A stretch of 64,000 nucleotides of DNA from Cyanobacteria bacterium P01_F01_bin.150. GTDB lineage: Bacteria > Cyanobacteriota > Cyanobacteriia > CAKZMO01. Shown here piece after piece: positions 32,567 through 42,042 of the stretch (its first letter is position 1; each line of letters starts with the position of its first letter). The notes under the pieces are model-generated. The model had not been told where the DNA came from, did not search any database, and saw only the letters and a list, made by a program, of their open reading frames with translations. A program made the position numbers and the translations under genes. The stretch lies in NCBI GenBank assembly GCA_039189765.1, contig JBCCYL010000007.1, forward strand, positions 1-64,000, written 5' to 3'.

Positions 32567-33361
32567 CTAAGGACTAACTTCCCCTAAGTTAACGGATTGA
32601 AGAACATTTTGCCAATTGCTGCTGACACTAGAATTCTCCGGTGCACTTTCCTTTAAATATGCGAGAAGGGCGAGCATATCATACCAAATTCCGGCTTGGC
32701 CATATTGACTTGCTTCTTCTAAAGATGAATTTAGTTCATTTGGTGAATATTCTATAGAGTCATCTGCGATGCGTTGAACCCACCCACTGACAAAAGGACT
32801 ATCGGGTCGCAATCGAGCAGAGCAGGGAACTGCAATTCCCCATTCATAGTTTTTTCCCACCTCCAATGAGGGAGCATCCTTGGGCATCTCAATCGTTATA
32901 ACCCCACCAATATCTTGCACGGGTAAAAATGTTTCATAAACACTTTGGCCCTGTTCATCTCTAAGATTGAAAAAAACGGATCCTGTGGGAACGCTGGGCA
33001 TATACACTACAAAAGTAGGGTGGGATTGAGTTGTTAGTCCGTAGTTTGATTGAGGTACTAAGGCTGTTAAAGAGGATTGTGTTTCCTCTGTCTGTAAGCA
33101 AGAACTATCCCGGGCTGCACCTCCACGAGTTTCACGGGGAGCATCTCCATTTGGAGGAACAAACGTAACTTGAACTGTTCCATCTCCAATTCTGGCTGTT
33201 GTTGCATGTCCAGGTACAGGTATAGGAGATGCGGCAGCAGCGGAACCCAACAAGCTGCTGATCATAAGGCAACCTAGTAGTAAGGAGGAAGACATCGAAG
33301 TGCTTTTTGCAGCCTGTGAGCTATTTAGTCTAGAAGATAATTGATGTTTCATAACTTGCAT
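32567..33361 (-). CDS. DUF928 domain protein
   Basis: Signal peptide, 'F.PP..DAP..TRGGAAR', 'GLT..SHPTF..Y.P', 'GWVQR' and 'AGIWYD.L..L'. Confidence 0.9.
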   Translation of the reverse strand: MQVMKHQLSSRLNSSQAAKSTSMSSSLLLGCLMISSLLGSAAAASPIPVPGHATTARIGDGTVQVTFVPPNGDAPRETRGGAARDSSCLQTEETQSSLTALVPQSNYGLTTQSHPTFVVYMPSVPTGSVFFNLRDEQGQSVYETFLPVQDIGGVITIEMPKDAPSLEVGKNYEWGIAVPCSARLRPDSPFVSGWVQRIADDSIEYSPNELNSSLEEASQYGQAGIWYDMLALLAYLKESAPENSSVSSNWQNVLQSVNLGEVSP

Positions 33362-33461
33362 GTAGTACCTTCTCTAGGGAATTAATTGCATCATCTATCA
33401 TCCACCTATCTACAGTGAGGGTTTATGTGCTATCCCTCCTTAGGAGCTAAGACAATGCTGA

Positions 33462-33503
33462 TGTAAACTTAGTTACAATAATATCTGGGTCAATACGTAA
33501 ATT
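33462..33503 (+). promoter_or_regulatory. Putative NtcA-binding site with downstream -10 box
   Basis: TGTA-AACTTAGT-TACA is a perfect GTA-N8-TAC (33463-33476), followed 21 nt later by TAAATT (TAN3T). Confidence 0.55.
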
Positions 33504-33745
33504 CAAGCGAAATGATCCCTAAATATATTTATTTTGAATAATTCTGTGGTTTATAAAGAATAGAAAAAGCATATTTATCTGTAATATTTATGTGTATATA
33601 AGTATTTTTACGAGGAAGCTTTAGCTGTAAAAGAGTTGCTACATGAATTATGTTTATTAATCCGTAAGTATGGCAATTGACAAAATATTAATCGGTTGAT
33701 ATTTACTTTGACTTCGTTTAGGGAACTCTAGGGTATCAGCGATAC

Positions 33746-36328
33746 TTGCTGATGATTCATATTGTTCTAACTAGCTGTTGTGATGCCCTTGTGATTTCCC
33801 TCAAAACGATTTATCAATCAACGTGTCTGCCCCATGGCTATCTATCCGTTCGTAAATATTTATTAAAGTATCCTTTCTTGCTAGCCAGTATTTCGGTCAT
33901 GGGATTACTGCTAATTTTTCGGCAAATAGGAGGTTTAGATACATGGGAAATGGTGATATATGACTATTTAACTCGCCGACAATCCCACACTAGTCAAGAA
34001 TCACGAATTTTAGTTGTTGAAATTACAGAGCAAGATATTCGAACTCAGCAAAGGGCTATTATGTCCGATCAGGTCATTGCTGAAACCCTTGCAAGCTTAC
34101 AGATGCATAATCCTGCTGTAGTAGGTTTAGATATTTTCCGAGATATTCCTCAGCCTCCTGGAAATACTGAGTTAAGAGAGCAGCTTAAATTTTCAAATGT
34201 TGTTGTGATTAATGAATTAGGTGATTTAGCAGAGGGAATGGTGCCGGCTCCCGACTATGTGCTCTCTGAACGTGTAGGTTTTAATGATTTTGTCTTAGAC
34301 CCTGACGATATTTTACGTCGTCATTTGATGTATGCATTTGATGAAGAAGAAACCTTCTACTCATTTTCATTGCGCTTGAGCTTGAAGTATTTAGAAAAAC
34401 AAAAAAAAAATCTAAAAGTAACGCCGAGCTTCTTACAGATTGGGGAAACTGTATTTCCTCGTCTTAGGCCGGGTGCTGGAGGATATCAATCTATTGATAC
34501 GGCTGGTTATCAAGTTTTACTTCGCTATCGGTCACCCGATCAAATTGCCCATAGAGTTTCATTAACAGAGGTTCTTAATGGCCAGTTTGATCCAGCGAGT
34601 GTTGAAAATAAGATTGTTCTAATTGGTACAACCGCTAGAACATCTAAAGATTATTTCTCGACACCTTATAGTGCTAGCGTTGAGGGGAATCGCGCAGAAC
34701 ACAAGTTAGCGGGAGTTCTGGTTCATGCTCAACTGACAAGTCAAATTCTGAGTACGGTTTTGGATCAATCCCAACTAATTTGGTTTTGGCCTGAATGGAT
34801 GGAAATTGCTTGGATGATGAGCTGGGCTTTAATCGGGGGCACGATTGCATGGTGGTTAAAGCACCCTATGGAGTTAGGTAGTGCAGTCGGTATTGCTTTA
34901 ACAAGCTTGTTTGGGGTCTGCTGGATGCTGTTTGTGTTAGCAGGTTGGGTTCCATTCGTAGCTCCAGCCCTTAGTCTAGTCATCACGGCTGGATGTGTCA
35001 TGACCTATCGAGCGTTTCATGTTACTCACTATGACGCTTTAACTGGATTGCCGAATCGGTCATTGTTTCTACAACAGGCACAACGTACTATTACTACAAT
35101 CCCCAAAAAAACTCCTGCTTTATCAGCAGCCATACTATTTCTCGATTTAAATCGTTTCAAGGTCATTAATGAAAGTTTTGGGCATCAAGCTGGGGATCAG
35201 TTGCTGATTAAAGTGGCTAGGCGAATTAAGGCCTGTGTGCCTCCAAATAATCCATTAGCAAGGGTTGGGGGGAATGAATTTGTAGTATTGCTTTCTCGCA
35301 TCAAAGATGCAGAGACTGTTGCGGCGATCGCCGATGAAATGCAAGCCGCATTAAATGAACCGATCTGTCTAAATAATCAAGAGATTTTCATGACTACCAG
35401 TGTAGGAATTGCCATGAGTGCAATTGAGGGTAGAGAAATTCAGGCCGACACGTTGCTAAGAGATGCTCATACTGCGATGTATCGAGCCAAAGCTTTGGGG
35501 AAATCTCGACAACTTTTTGCCAACAGTATGCATACGGTTGCGGTGTCTCGATTGCAGCTAGAGTCGGAGCTTCGTCAGGCTATTAAGCATCGTGAATTTG
35601 TTCTAAATTATCAGCCGATTGTTTCTCTCAAAACAGGGAGAATTAAAGGCTTTGAAGCTCTTGTTCGTTGGCAACACCCGAAGCGTGGTTTTGTGTCACC
35701 GGGACAATTTATTCCAGTAGCTGAGGAAACGGGACTAATCATTCCCATGGGCCGTTGGATTTTAGAGGAAGCCTGTCGACAAATGCATGGTTGGCATCAA
35801 AAGTTTTCCCAGTCTCAGCCTTTGGTGATTGGAGTGAACTTATCCAGCCGTCAGTTTACTCATCCAAAGCTCATTGATGAAATTGAGCAAATTTTGGTAG
35901 AAACTCAACTTGATCATCGCACCCTGAAACTGGAAATTACCGAAAGCATGGCAATGAGTGATGTGGAATCTGCGATTGATATGTTGTTGCGATTGAAGAA
36001 GATGAACCTGACGCTAAGTATTGATGATTTTGGTACGGGTTATTCATCCCTGAGCTATCTCCATCGCTTTCCAACGGATATTTTGAAAGTGGATCGCTCT
36101 TTCGTCAGTCGTATGGAAAATGGAGATGAAGACGCCGAAATCGTGAAAACAATTATTTCTCTTGGCCATAATCTGGGCATGGGAATCGTTGCGGAAGGTG
36201 TGGAAACAGAGTCCCAGCTTGAGACATTGCGGTTGTTGGGTTGTGAGTATGGGCAAGGATATTTCTTTGCTAAACCAATGGCTGCAAAGGATGCAGAGCA
36301 AATGTTAGAGCGATCGCCTACTTGGTGA
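33746..36328 (+). CDS. CHASE2-GGDEF(degenerate)-EAL c-di-GMP phosphodiesterase
   Basis: CHASE2, 3 TM segments, GGNEF variant, intact EAL domain (FEALVRW, EITES, DDFGTGYSSLSYL, AEGVET). Exact start uncertain. Confidence 0.92.
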   Translation: MLMIHIVLTSCCDALVISLKTIYQSTCLPHGYLSVRKYLLKYPFLLASISVMGLLLIFRQIGGLDTWEMVIYDYLTRRQSHTSQESRILVVEITEQDIRTQQRAIMSDQVIAETLASLQMHNPAVVGLDIFRDIPQPPGNTELREQLKFSNVVVINELGDLAEGMVPAPDYVLSERVGFNDFVLDPDDILRRHLMYAFDEEETFYSFSLRLSLKYLEKQKKNLKVTPSFLQIGETVFPRLRPGAGGYQSIDTAGYQVLLRYRSPDQIAHRVSLTEVLNGQFDPASVENKIVLIGTTARTSKDYFSTPYSASVEGNRAEHKLAGVLVHAQLTSQILSTVLDQSQLIWFWPEWMEIAWMMSWALIGGTIAWWLKHPMELGSAVGIALTSLFGVCWMLFVLAGWVPFVAPALSLVITAGCVMTYRAFHVTHYDALTGLPNRSLFLQQAQRTITTIPKKTPALSAAILFLDLNRFKVINESFGHQAGDQLLIKVARRIKACVPPNNPLARVGGNEFVVLLSRIKDAETVAAIADEMQAALNEPICLNNQEIFMTTSVGIAMSAIEGREIQADTLLRDAHTAMYRAKALGKSRQLFANSMHTVAVSRLQLESELRQAIKHREFVLNYQPIVSLKTGRIKGFEALVRWQHPKRGFVSPGQFIPVAEETGLIIPMGRWILEEACRQMHGWHQKFSQSQPLVIGVNLSSRQFTHPKLIDEIEQILVETQLDHRTLKLEITESMAMSDVESAIDMLLRLKKMNLTLSIDDFGTGYSSLSYLHRFPTDILKVDRSFVSRMENGDEDAEIVKTIISLGHNLGMGIVAEGVETESQLETLRLLGCEYGQGYFFAKPMAAKDAEQMLERSPTW

Positions 36329-36431
36329 CCTTAGCACATTCTTTCTATTTGACAGTCTTTGATAGAAAGCGATCGCGTCAATACAAAATTATTATTTTAT
36401 TTGGGTGTCAATTTTTGGGAATCTTATTTTA

Positions 36432-39095
36432 ATGGTTCGTCTACTCTCCCGATGCCAGGTTGTCATTATAGGCTTATTCATTAGTACGATTAATCTTTAC
36501 CCACTACCAAGCTTGGCTCAAATTAGTCCTGATCAAACTTTAGGGGACGAAGCTTCAGTGCTTCACCCTGACACCGACCTTGATGGGGTATTGGTGGACT
36601 TGATTAACGGTGGCGCAACAAGAGAGACAAATCTCTTCCACAGTTTTGAGCATTTTAATGTCAGCGAATCACAGCAGGTTTATTTCGATAGTCCCAGCGG
36701 TATTGATACGATTCTGACTCGGGTTACAGGCAATCGTGCCTCCAACATTATGGGGACATTGGGTGTAAACGGTGGTGCCGACCTGTTTTTGCTTAACCCC
36801 AATGGCATCGTTTTTAGTACTAATGCTCAATTAGATGTGGGTGGTTCGTTTATTGCTACAACAGCAGATGCGTTTCAATTCGAAAGCATGGGCACTTTTA
36901 GTGGGCGTGAGCCAGATCTTCCCTCTTCCCTATTGACTATTGCTCCATCGGCCTTCTTATTTGGTCAAGAGGCGGCGGGATCGATTGTGAATCAATCAAC
37001 GATTGCAGCCACGTATGATGATTTGCCTGATGCTGTTATGGGGTTACGGGTTCCTAACGGTGAGACGTTGGGATTGCTAGGGGGTGATGTGCTAATAGAT
37101 GGCGGATGGCTGAGTGCTTTAGGTGGACGTATTGAAATTGGCTCAGTGGTGGGAGACGGAACCATTAGCCTTAGTGAAAATAGTCGCTTCCAGTTTTTAG
37201 ATACCGTACATCGCGGTGAGGTTCGATTTCAGAACGATGCGGTTGCTGATGCAGCTCTGCGAGGCGGTGGCAATATTCGAGTGATGGCAGCAACTATTGA
37301 TATTATGTCGAGCCTGTTACAAACGGGTATCCGAGCTGGAGAAGAGACATCTGGACGACAGGCCGGAAAGATTTTACTGGATGCAACCGAGCGCATCAGA
37401 CTTAGAGGAGGGACGGATCGCAGTGAAACTGATAATCTGCAAAGTTTTGGTATTTCGAATAATGTGGAGCAGGATAGCATTGGTGATGCAGGACTTATTA
37501 AAGTTATATCTCCTATCCTAACGATTCGCAATGGAGCACAAATTAATGCTTCTGTATTTGGAGGAGGAAATGCAGGCAGAGTGATTATTGAAGCAAGCGA
37601 TCGCGTCACTGCTGCTGGCACTTCAGCCCTAGAAAGCTCCCTTAGCGGCATCTTTAGTTCGGTAGAACAGGGTGGTGTAGGCCATGCAGGGAGAATTCAG
37701 ATCACAACGCCAATCCTCAGAGTAAGAGATGGGGCCAGGATTAGCTCTTCCGTTAATGGTAGCGGGGATGGTGGCAATATCAAGATCAATGTGAGCGACC
37801 AGATAACATTGGATGGAGCATCTACCACTGGCTCCAATGCGAGTGGTGTCTTTAGTACTCTGGATATGGGAGGCGTTGGCAGTGCAGGTCGCATTAAAAT
37901 TACTACGCCTATCTTGAATGTGCAGAACGGGGCACGGATTAACTCGTCTACACTCGGTCAAGGCGATGGCGGCAGCGTCATTATTAGCGCCACTCAATAC
38001 ATTAGTATTGAGGGCAGAACTGACGATGATGATGAAAACTCTTTTTCACGCATTGCTAGTGAAGCATTTTATTTTGGCGATAGTAATAATGAATCGAATG
38101 AAGAAGAAAATACCGACAGTAATGCATTATTTCCCCAGTCTAATGGCATTGTGCTCGGTAATGCAGGTCGGATTGCGATCGCCACACCTGTTCTAAATTT
38201 GACAGATGGGGCACAGATAACCTCCGCCAGTTTCAGTGCTGGGGATGGAGGCAATATCATTATTGATGCAGCAAATCAGATTCATTTGGATGATGGCCTG
38301 ATCAAAGCGAGTAGTCTACAGGATTCTTTTGGCCAAGCAGGAGATATCACGATCACTACGGAGCTGGCTACCGTAGAAAATGATTCCCAACTATTGTCCA
38401 CAACTGGAGATACGACTGGGGGCAATATCTCTTTAGATTTAGATAATTTATTTTTGCTAAGCGGGAGTCGTATTGCTGCGGCTTCAGGGGCAGAAGGGTC
38501 GGGAGGAGACGGGGGCAATATCGTAATTGGTGCCGACTTTATCGTGACGTTGGCCAATCAGGACAGCGATATTGATGCCAATGCCTACAGTGGAAATGGT
38601 GGCAATATTACGATTGAGGCCGAAAACCTATTTAATATCGAATTTCAAGAGCAGCAGTTAACGCCTCGAAATGATATTACTGTCAGCTCAGCGTTTGGGT
38701 TAGATGGTGAGGTCACTATTGAGTCACCCAATATTGATCCAAGTCGCGGAACCACTACGTTACCGACTAATTTGATCGCTAGTCTTCCCCTTGATGCTGT
38801 TTGTCACTCTCAAAATGGTAACCATAGTCAGTTTGTGATGGCTGGCCGAGGAGGATTACCGTCGGCTCCGACAGGGATGCTCAATGGAGTGACGGTTTTG
38901 ACTCCGTGGGTGGTGCGCGATCGCTCCACTTCATTTCTCCCTTCAACACCTACAAGCAACCAGCTTGCTTACTCCTCAGGATTTATTGAGGCTGAGCATT
39001 GGGAAACAGACAAAAATGGGAAGGTCGTTCTTGTCACGTCTTCCCATGTAACTTCCCAGGAACGATGGCCAACCCACAACCTGTGCGCTTCATAA
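36432..39095 (+). CDS. Filamentous haemagglutinin N-terminal (TPS) domain exoprotein, TpsA-like
   Basis: Signal peptide, 'NLFHSF', 'LFLLNPNGIVF', Gly-rich beta-helix repeats (GxAGxIxIxTPxLxxxxGAxI) and cyanobacterial C-terminus 'F...GRGGLP'. Confidence 0.9.
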   Translation: MVRLLSRCQVVIIGLFISTINLYPLPSLAQISPDQTLGDEASVLHPDTDLDGVLVDLINGGATRETNLFHSFEHFNVSESQQVYFDSPSGIDTILTRVTGNRASNIMGTLGVNGGADLFLLNPNGIVFSTNAQLDVGGSFIATTADAFQFESMGTFSGREPDLPSSLLTIAPSAFLFGQEAAGSIVNQSTIAATYDDLPDAVMGLRVPNGETLGLLGGDVLIDGGWLSALGGRIEIGSVVGDGTISLSENSRFQFLDTVHRGEVRFQNDAVADAALRGGGNIRVMAATIDIMSSLLQTGIRAGEETSGRQAGKILLDATERIRLRGGTDRSETDNLQSFGISNNVEQDSIGDAGLIKVISPILTIRNGAQINASVFGGGNAGRVIIEASDRVTAAGTSALESSLSGIFSSVEQGGVGHAGRIQITTPILRVRDGARISSSVNGSGDGGNIKINVSDQITLDGASTTGSNASGVFSTLDMGGVGSAGRIKITTPILNVQNGARINSSTLGQGDGGSVIISATQYISIEGRTDDDDENSFSRIASEAFYFGDSNNESNEEENTDSNALFPQSNGIVLGNAGRIAIATPVLNLTDGAQITSASFSAGDGGNIIIDAANQIHLDDGLIKASSLQDSFGQAGDITITTELATVENDSQLLSTTGDTTGGNISLDLDNLFLLSGSRIAAASGAEGSGGDGGNIVIGADFIVTLANQDSDIDANAYSGNGGNITIEAENLFNIEFQEQQLTPRNDITVSSAFGLDGEVTIESPNIDPSRGTTTLPTNLIASLPLDAVCHSQNGNHSQFVMAGRGGLPSAPTGMLNGVTVLTPWVVRDRSTSFLPSTPTSNQLAYSSGFIEAEHWETDKNGKVVLVTSSHVTSQERWPTHNLCAS

Positions 39096-39249
39096 GGTCG
39101 TTGGTACCTAGCGGTTGGATCGGCTCGAAAAAAATACCAGTACGTTACGGCTGTTGTTTACCATCTCCTATGCATATGCAAACCTTGACTTTGTTGATCT
39201 ATGTTCGCCTAGTCGGAACGATGCCTACCTTACAGCAGTGCTTTTGAAG

Positions 39250-39320
39250 GATGGGCAAAACGAACGTGTGCTCGTCTGGAAGAACGGTTGGTGGGCACGT
39301 CATTGCGTTTTGCCCACCCC
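39250..39320. repeat. REP-like inverted repeat between convergent genes
   Basis: TGGGCAAAACG...CGTTTTGCCCA flanking an inner GTGGGCA..TGCCCAC motif. Confidence 0.5.
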
Positions 39321-39350
39321 ACGCCAGCCCTTGATTGTCTAGCAGATATC

Positions 39351-40898
39351 CTAACTCAACTTTGTCAGAATACTCAGGAACTTTTTGGTTCTGGGCGTTA
39401 GCAATGTACGGCGATACAGATCTGCAGCCTTTTTAATTGCCTCGGCTTGAGTGGGATAGGGATGAATCACACTAGACATTTTGCTTAGGCCAATCTTGTG
39501 GACAATGGCGGTGGTAACCTCGCTAATCATTTCCCCAGCGTGGCTGGCCACAATAGTTGCGCCGAGGATCTCATCTGACCCTTTTTTATGGAGAATTTTA
39601 ACGAAGCCTTCTTCTTCCCCTTCGGCGATCGCTCGATCTACATCATCAAACGGAATTTTGATGATGTTGGCATCAATACCTCTAGCATGGGCATCCTGCT
39701 CGTACATTCCCACATGGGCAATTTCGGGATCAGTATAGGTTACCCAGGGCATCACTAAATCACTAAGCTTGTATCGCCCAAAACCAAAGGGAGAAAATAG
39801 AGTATTCTTTAGAACAATACGGGCAGCCGCATCCGCTGCATGGGTAAATTTCCAGTTCATGCAGATGTCCCCAGCTGCATAAATATTGGGATTGGAGGTC
39901 TGGAGATAGTCATTTACTTTGACCCCCTTGCGAGGATCATATTCGACGCCAACCGCCTCCAAATTCAGGGTGTCCACATTTGGTGCGCGACCAGCCCCGA
40001 CAAGAATCTCATCTACTACAACAGATCCTACCTGATCCCCAGAATTGTAATGCAAGACCTTCCCTTCAGCGGTCTTTTCAACCCGATGCAGCTTGGCATT
40101 TAGCACAAGCTTCACCCCTGATTTGATAAATGACTGCTGAACAATTTCAGCTGCATCCGCATCTTCCCGAATCAAAACATGATTAGCGCGCTCAAATAGT
40201 ACCACCTGCGTTCCCAATCGTTGGAACGTTTGAGCTAGCTCACAACCAATGGGGCCACCACCAATTACAGCTAAACGTTTAGGCTGTTGCGTCAAATTAA
40301 AGACCGTTTCGTTTGTCAGAAATCCGGCCTCTTCTATCCCCTCAAGATTAGGGCGAAAGGCTCGTGCCCCAGCAGTAATGACCGCCTTCTTAAAGTTTAA
40401 TGTTTGACCATTTACCTCGACCGTATTGGGACCAGTAAATCGTCCTGCTCCCAAAAACATATCTGCCCCTGCCTTTTGAGCACCAATCGCAGAGTCAACC
40501 GGGCTAATCTTGGCTCGAACATGACGCATCCGCTGCATCACAGCAGCAAAGTCAACTTCAATATTCCCCGTTGCCCGTACTCCGTAGGCGCTTGCATTGA
40601 GAATATCTGCAACGGCACGGGAGGAACGAATTACGGCTTTAGAAGGGACACAGCCAACATTAAGACAGTCTCCACCAATCAGGTGTTTTTCAATCAGAGC
40701 TACGTTTAATCCTACATCCAGGCCAGCCGCTCCCTTTGCCGTGACCAAGCCAGCTGTGCCTGCACCAATAACAACCAAGTCATAAATGGTCTTGGGTTTA
40801 GGGTTTTTCCAGTCCAGCGGATGCACATTATCAACCAATGCTTGATTATACTCATCCCTTGGATAAAGATTTAGCTCTTGAAACGTAGAGTGTGTCAT
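39351..40898 (-). CDS. Pyridine nucleotide-disulfide oxidoreductase (mercuric-reductase-like, lacks the C-terminal Cys pair)
   Basis: GAGTAG, GGDCLNVGCVPSK redox disulfide, GGGPIG and HPYPT. No NmerA domain or C-terminal CC. Confidence 0.9.
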   Translation of the reverse strand: MTHSTFQELNLYPRDEYNQALVDNVHPLDWKNPKPKTIYDLVVIGAGTAGLVTAKGAAGLDVGLNVALIEKHLIGGDCLNVGCVPSKAVIRSSRAVADILNASAYGVRATGNIEVDFAAVMQRMRHVRAKISPVDSAIGAQKAGADMFLGAGRFTGPNTVEVNGQTLNFKKAVITAGARAFRPNLEGIEEAGFLTNETVFNLTQQPKRLAVIGGGPIGCELAQTFQRLGTQVVLFERANHVLIREDADAAEIVQQSFIKSGVKLVLNAKLHRVEKTAEGKVLHYNSGDQVGSVVVDEILVGAGRAPNVDTLNLEAVGVEYDPRKGVKVNDYLQTSNPNIYAAGDICMNWKFTHAADAAARIVLKNTLFSPFGFGRYKLSDLVMPWVTYTDPEIAHVGMYEQDAHARGIDANIIKIPFDDVDRAIAEGEEEGFVKILHKKGSDEILGATIVASHAGEMISEVTTAIVHKIGLSKMSSVIHPYPTQAEAIKKAADLYRRTLLTPRTKKFLSILTKLS

Positions 40899-40948
40899 TA
40901 GTTTTGAATTCTGATGGTAAGTATCAACTGTAGGTTACTTATGAACTG

Positions 40949-41749
40949 CTATGCGTCCTGAGGAGTTTGCTCAGCTTGCTCAGTAAGCTTTTCATCCAAG
41001 GCTTTGCGAGCAATACGGGTAATAATGACGGTCACTATAAAGGTCGCGACTATCCCAACGCCGAATAGTAACCATTCAGCCAAAGACTTGTCTCCTCCTC
41101 CCCCAGCAAAAACTTGTGCTAAATTTCCGGCTGCGGCCCCCAGATAGGTGTAGAGAAAGGTTCCAGGGATCATGCCAATAAACCCTAAAACATAGTCCCT
41201 GAGGGAAACACTTGTGATCCCAAATGCGTAATTGAGCAAAACAAAGGGGAAAACAGGAGAAAGACGAGTCAACGAAACAATCTTCAAGCCCTCGTCGCCT
41301 ACAGCACTATCAATGGCGCTAAATGTCGCATTTCCTTCAATTTTTTTCGCAACCCATCCTCGTGCCAGATAACGGCCTACGAGAAATGCAGCCGTTGCAC
41401 CCAAGGAGGCACCAATAAAAGCACATATTGCTCCTTTCCAAAGGCCAAAGAGTGCTCCAGCACCGAGGGTTAACAATCCACCAGAGATAAAAGCAACAGT
41501 GGCAACAACATAAACTGCTATTAGGGCGATCGGTCCCCACGGACCAAGACTGTCAATTTGGGTCAGAGTGTTTTGAATTAACCCTTGAATGCTAAACCCA
41601 CCTCCACTGGCATCTTGGGCTAGAGCTGGGGTCGAAAAGAGGAAAACACCCAAGCAAACGAAGCCGAAGATTTTCAATGGCTTTTTCAATAACGTTGACT
41701 GTTTTAGCAAGGGGTTAAGGCGTAATCGAGAAAAGAAATTGAGATCCAT
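40949..41749 (-). CDS. TVP38/TMEM64 (DedA/SNARE-associated) membrane protein
   Basis: 'LTLGAGALFG', 'AFLVGRYLAR', 'LTRLSPVFPFVLLNYAFG' and 'GMIPGT..Y.YLG'. Confidence 0.92.
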   Translation of the reverse strand: MDLNFFSRLRLNPLLKQSTLLKKPLKIFGFVCLGVFLFSTPALAQDASGGGFSIQGLIQNTLTQIDSLGPWGPIALIAVYVVATVAFISGGLLTLGAGALFGLWKGAICAFIGASLGATAAFLVGRYLARGWVAKKIEGNATFSAIDSAVGDEGLKIVSLTRLSPVFPFVLLNYAFGITSVSLRDYVLGFIGMIPGTFLYTYLGAAAGNLAQVFAGGGGDKSLAEWLLFGVGIVATFIVTVIITRIARKALDEKLTEQAEQTPQDA

Positions 41750-42042
41750 GGTTCGTTTGTCTGCAGCCTTATGTAGAGGTTGATTATTTTAGATATGGAT
41801 TGAGATAAGAAGAGCAACGTGAAGCAATCACAAATATAGACCAGTTAGAGGCACTTTGCTCTCAACTCTAACGTTCCCTCTTTGAGAGTAATAGTAAAAT
41901 CCTGGGCCAGGCTCAAAATGAGTTTGGGATGAGAGAAAAATAATGGTTTGCTGGCAATCGAGTCGTTTTCTCTTCTAAATTGCCAGGTATAATCAACAGG
42001 CTGTAATTTGCGTCCATCTGCGATATTTGCGGACAAATTCCT

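Noticed and set aside
37818..37827. GCATCTACCA, complementary to the sRNA core, inside the TpsA gene
   Set aside because: A single 10-nt match deep in a CDS is compatible with chance and is not evidence of a target.
39351..40898. Assigning the gene symbol merA
   Set aside because: No C-terminal Cys pair, no NmerA domain and no mer operon genes nearby.
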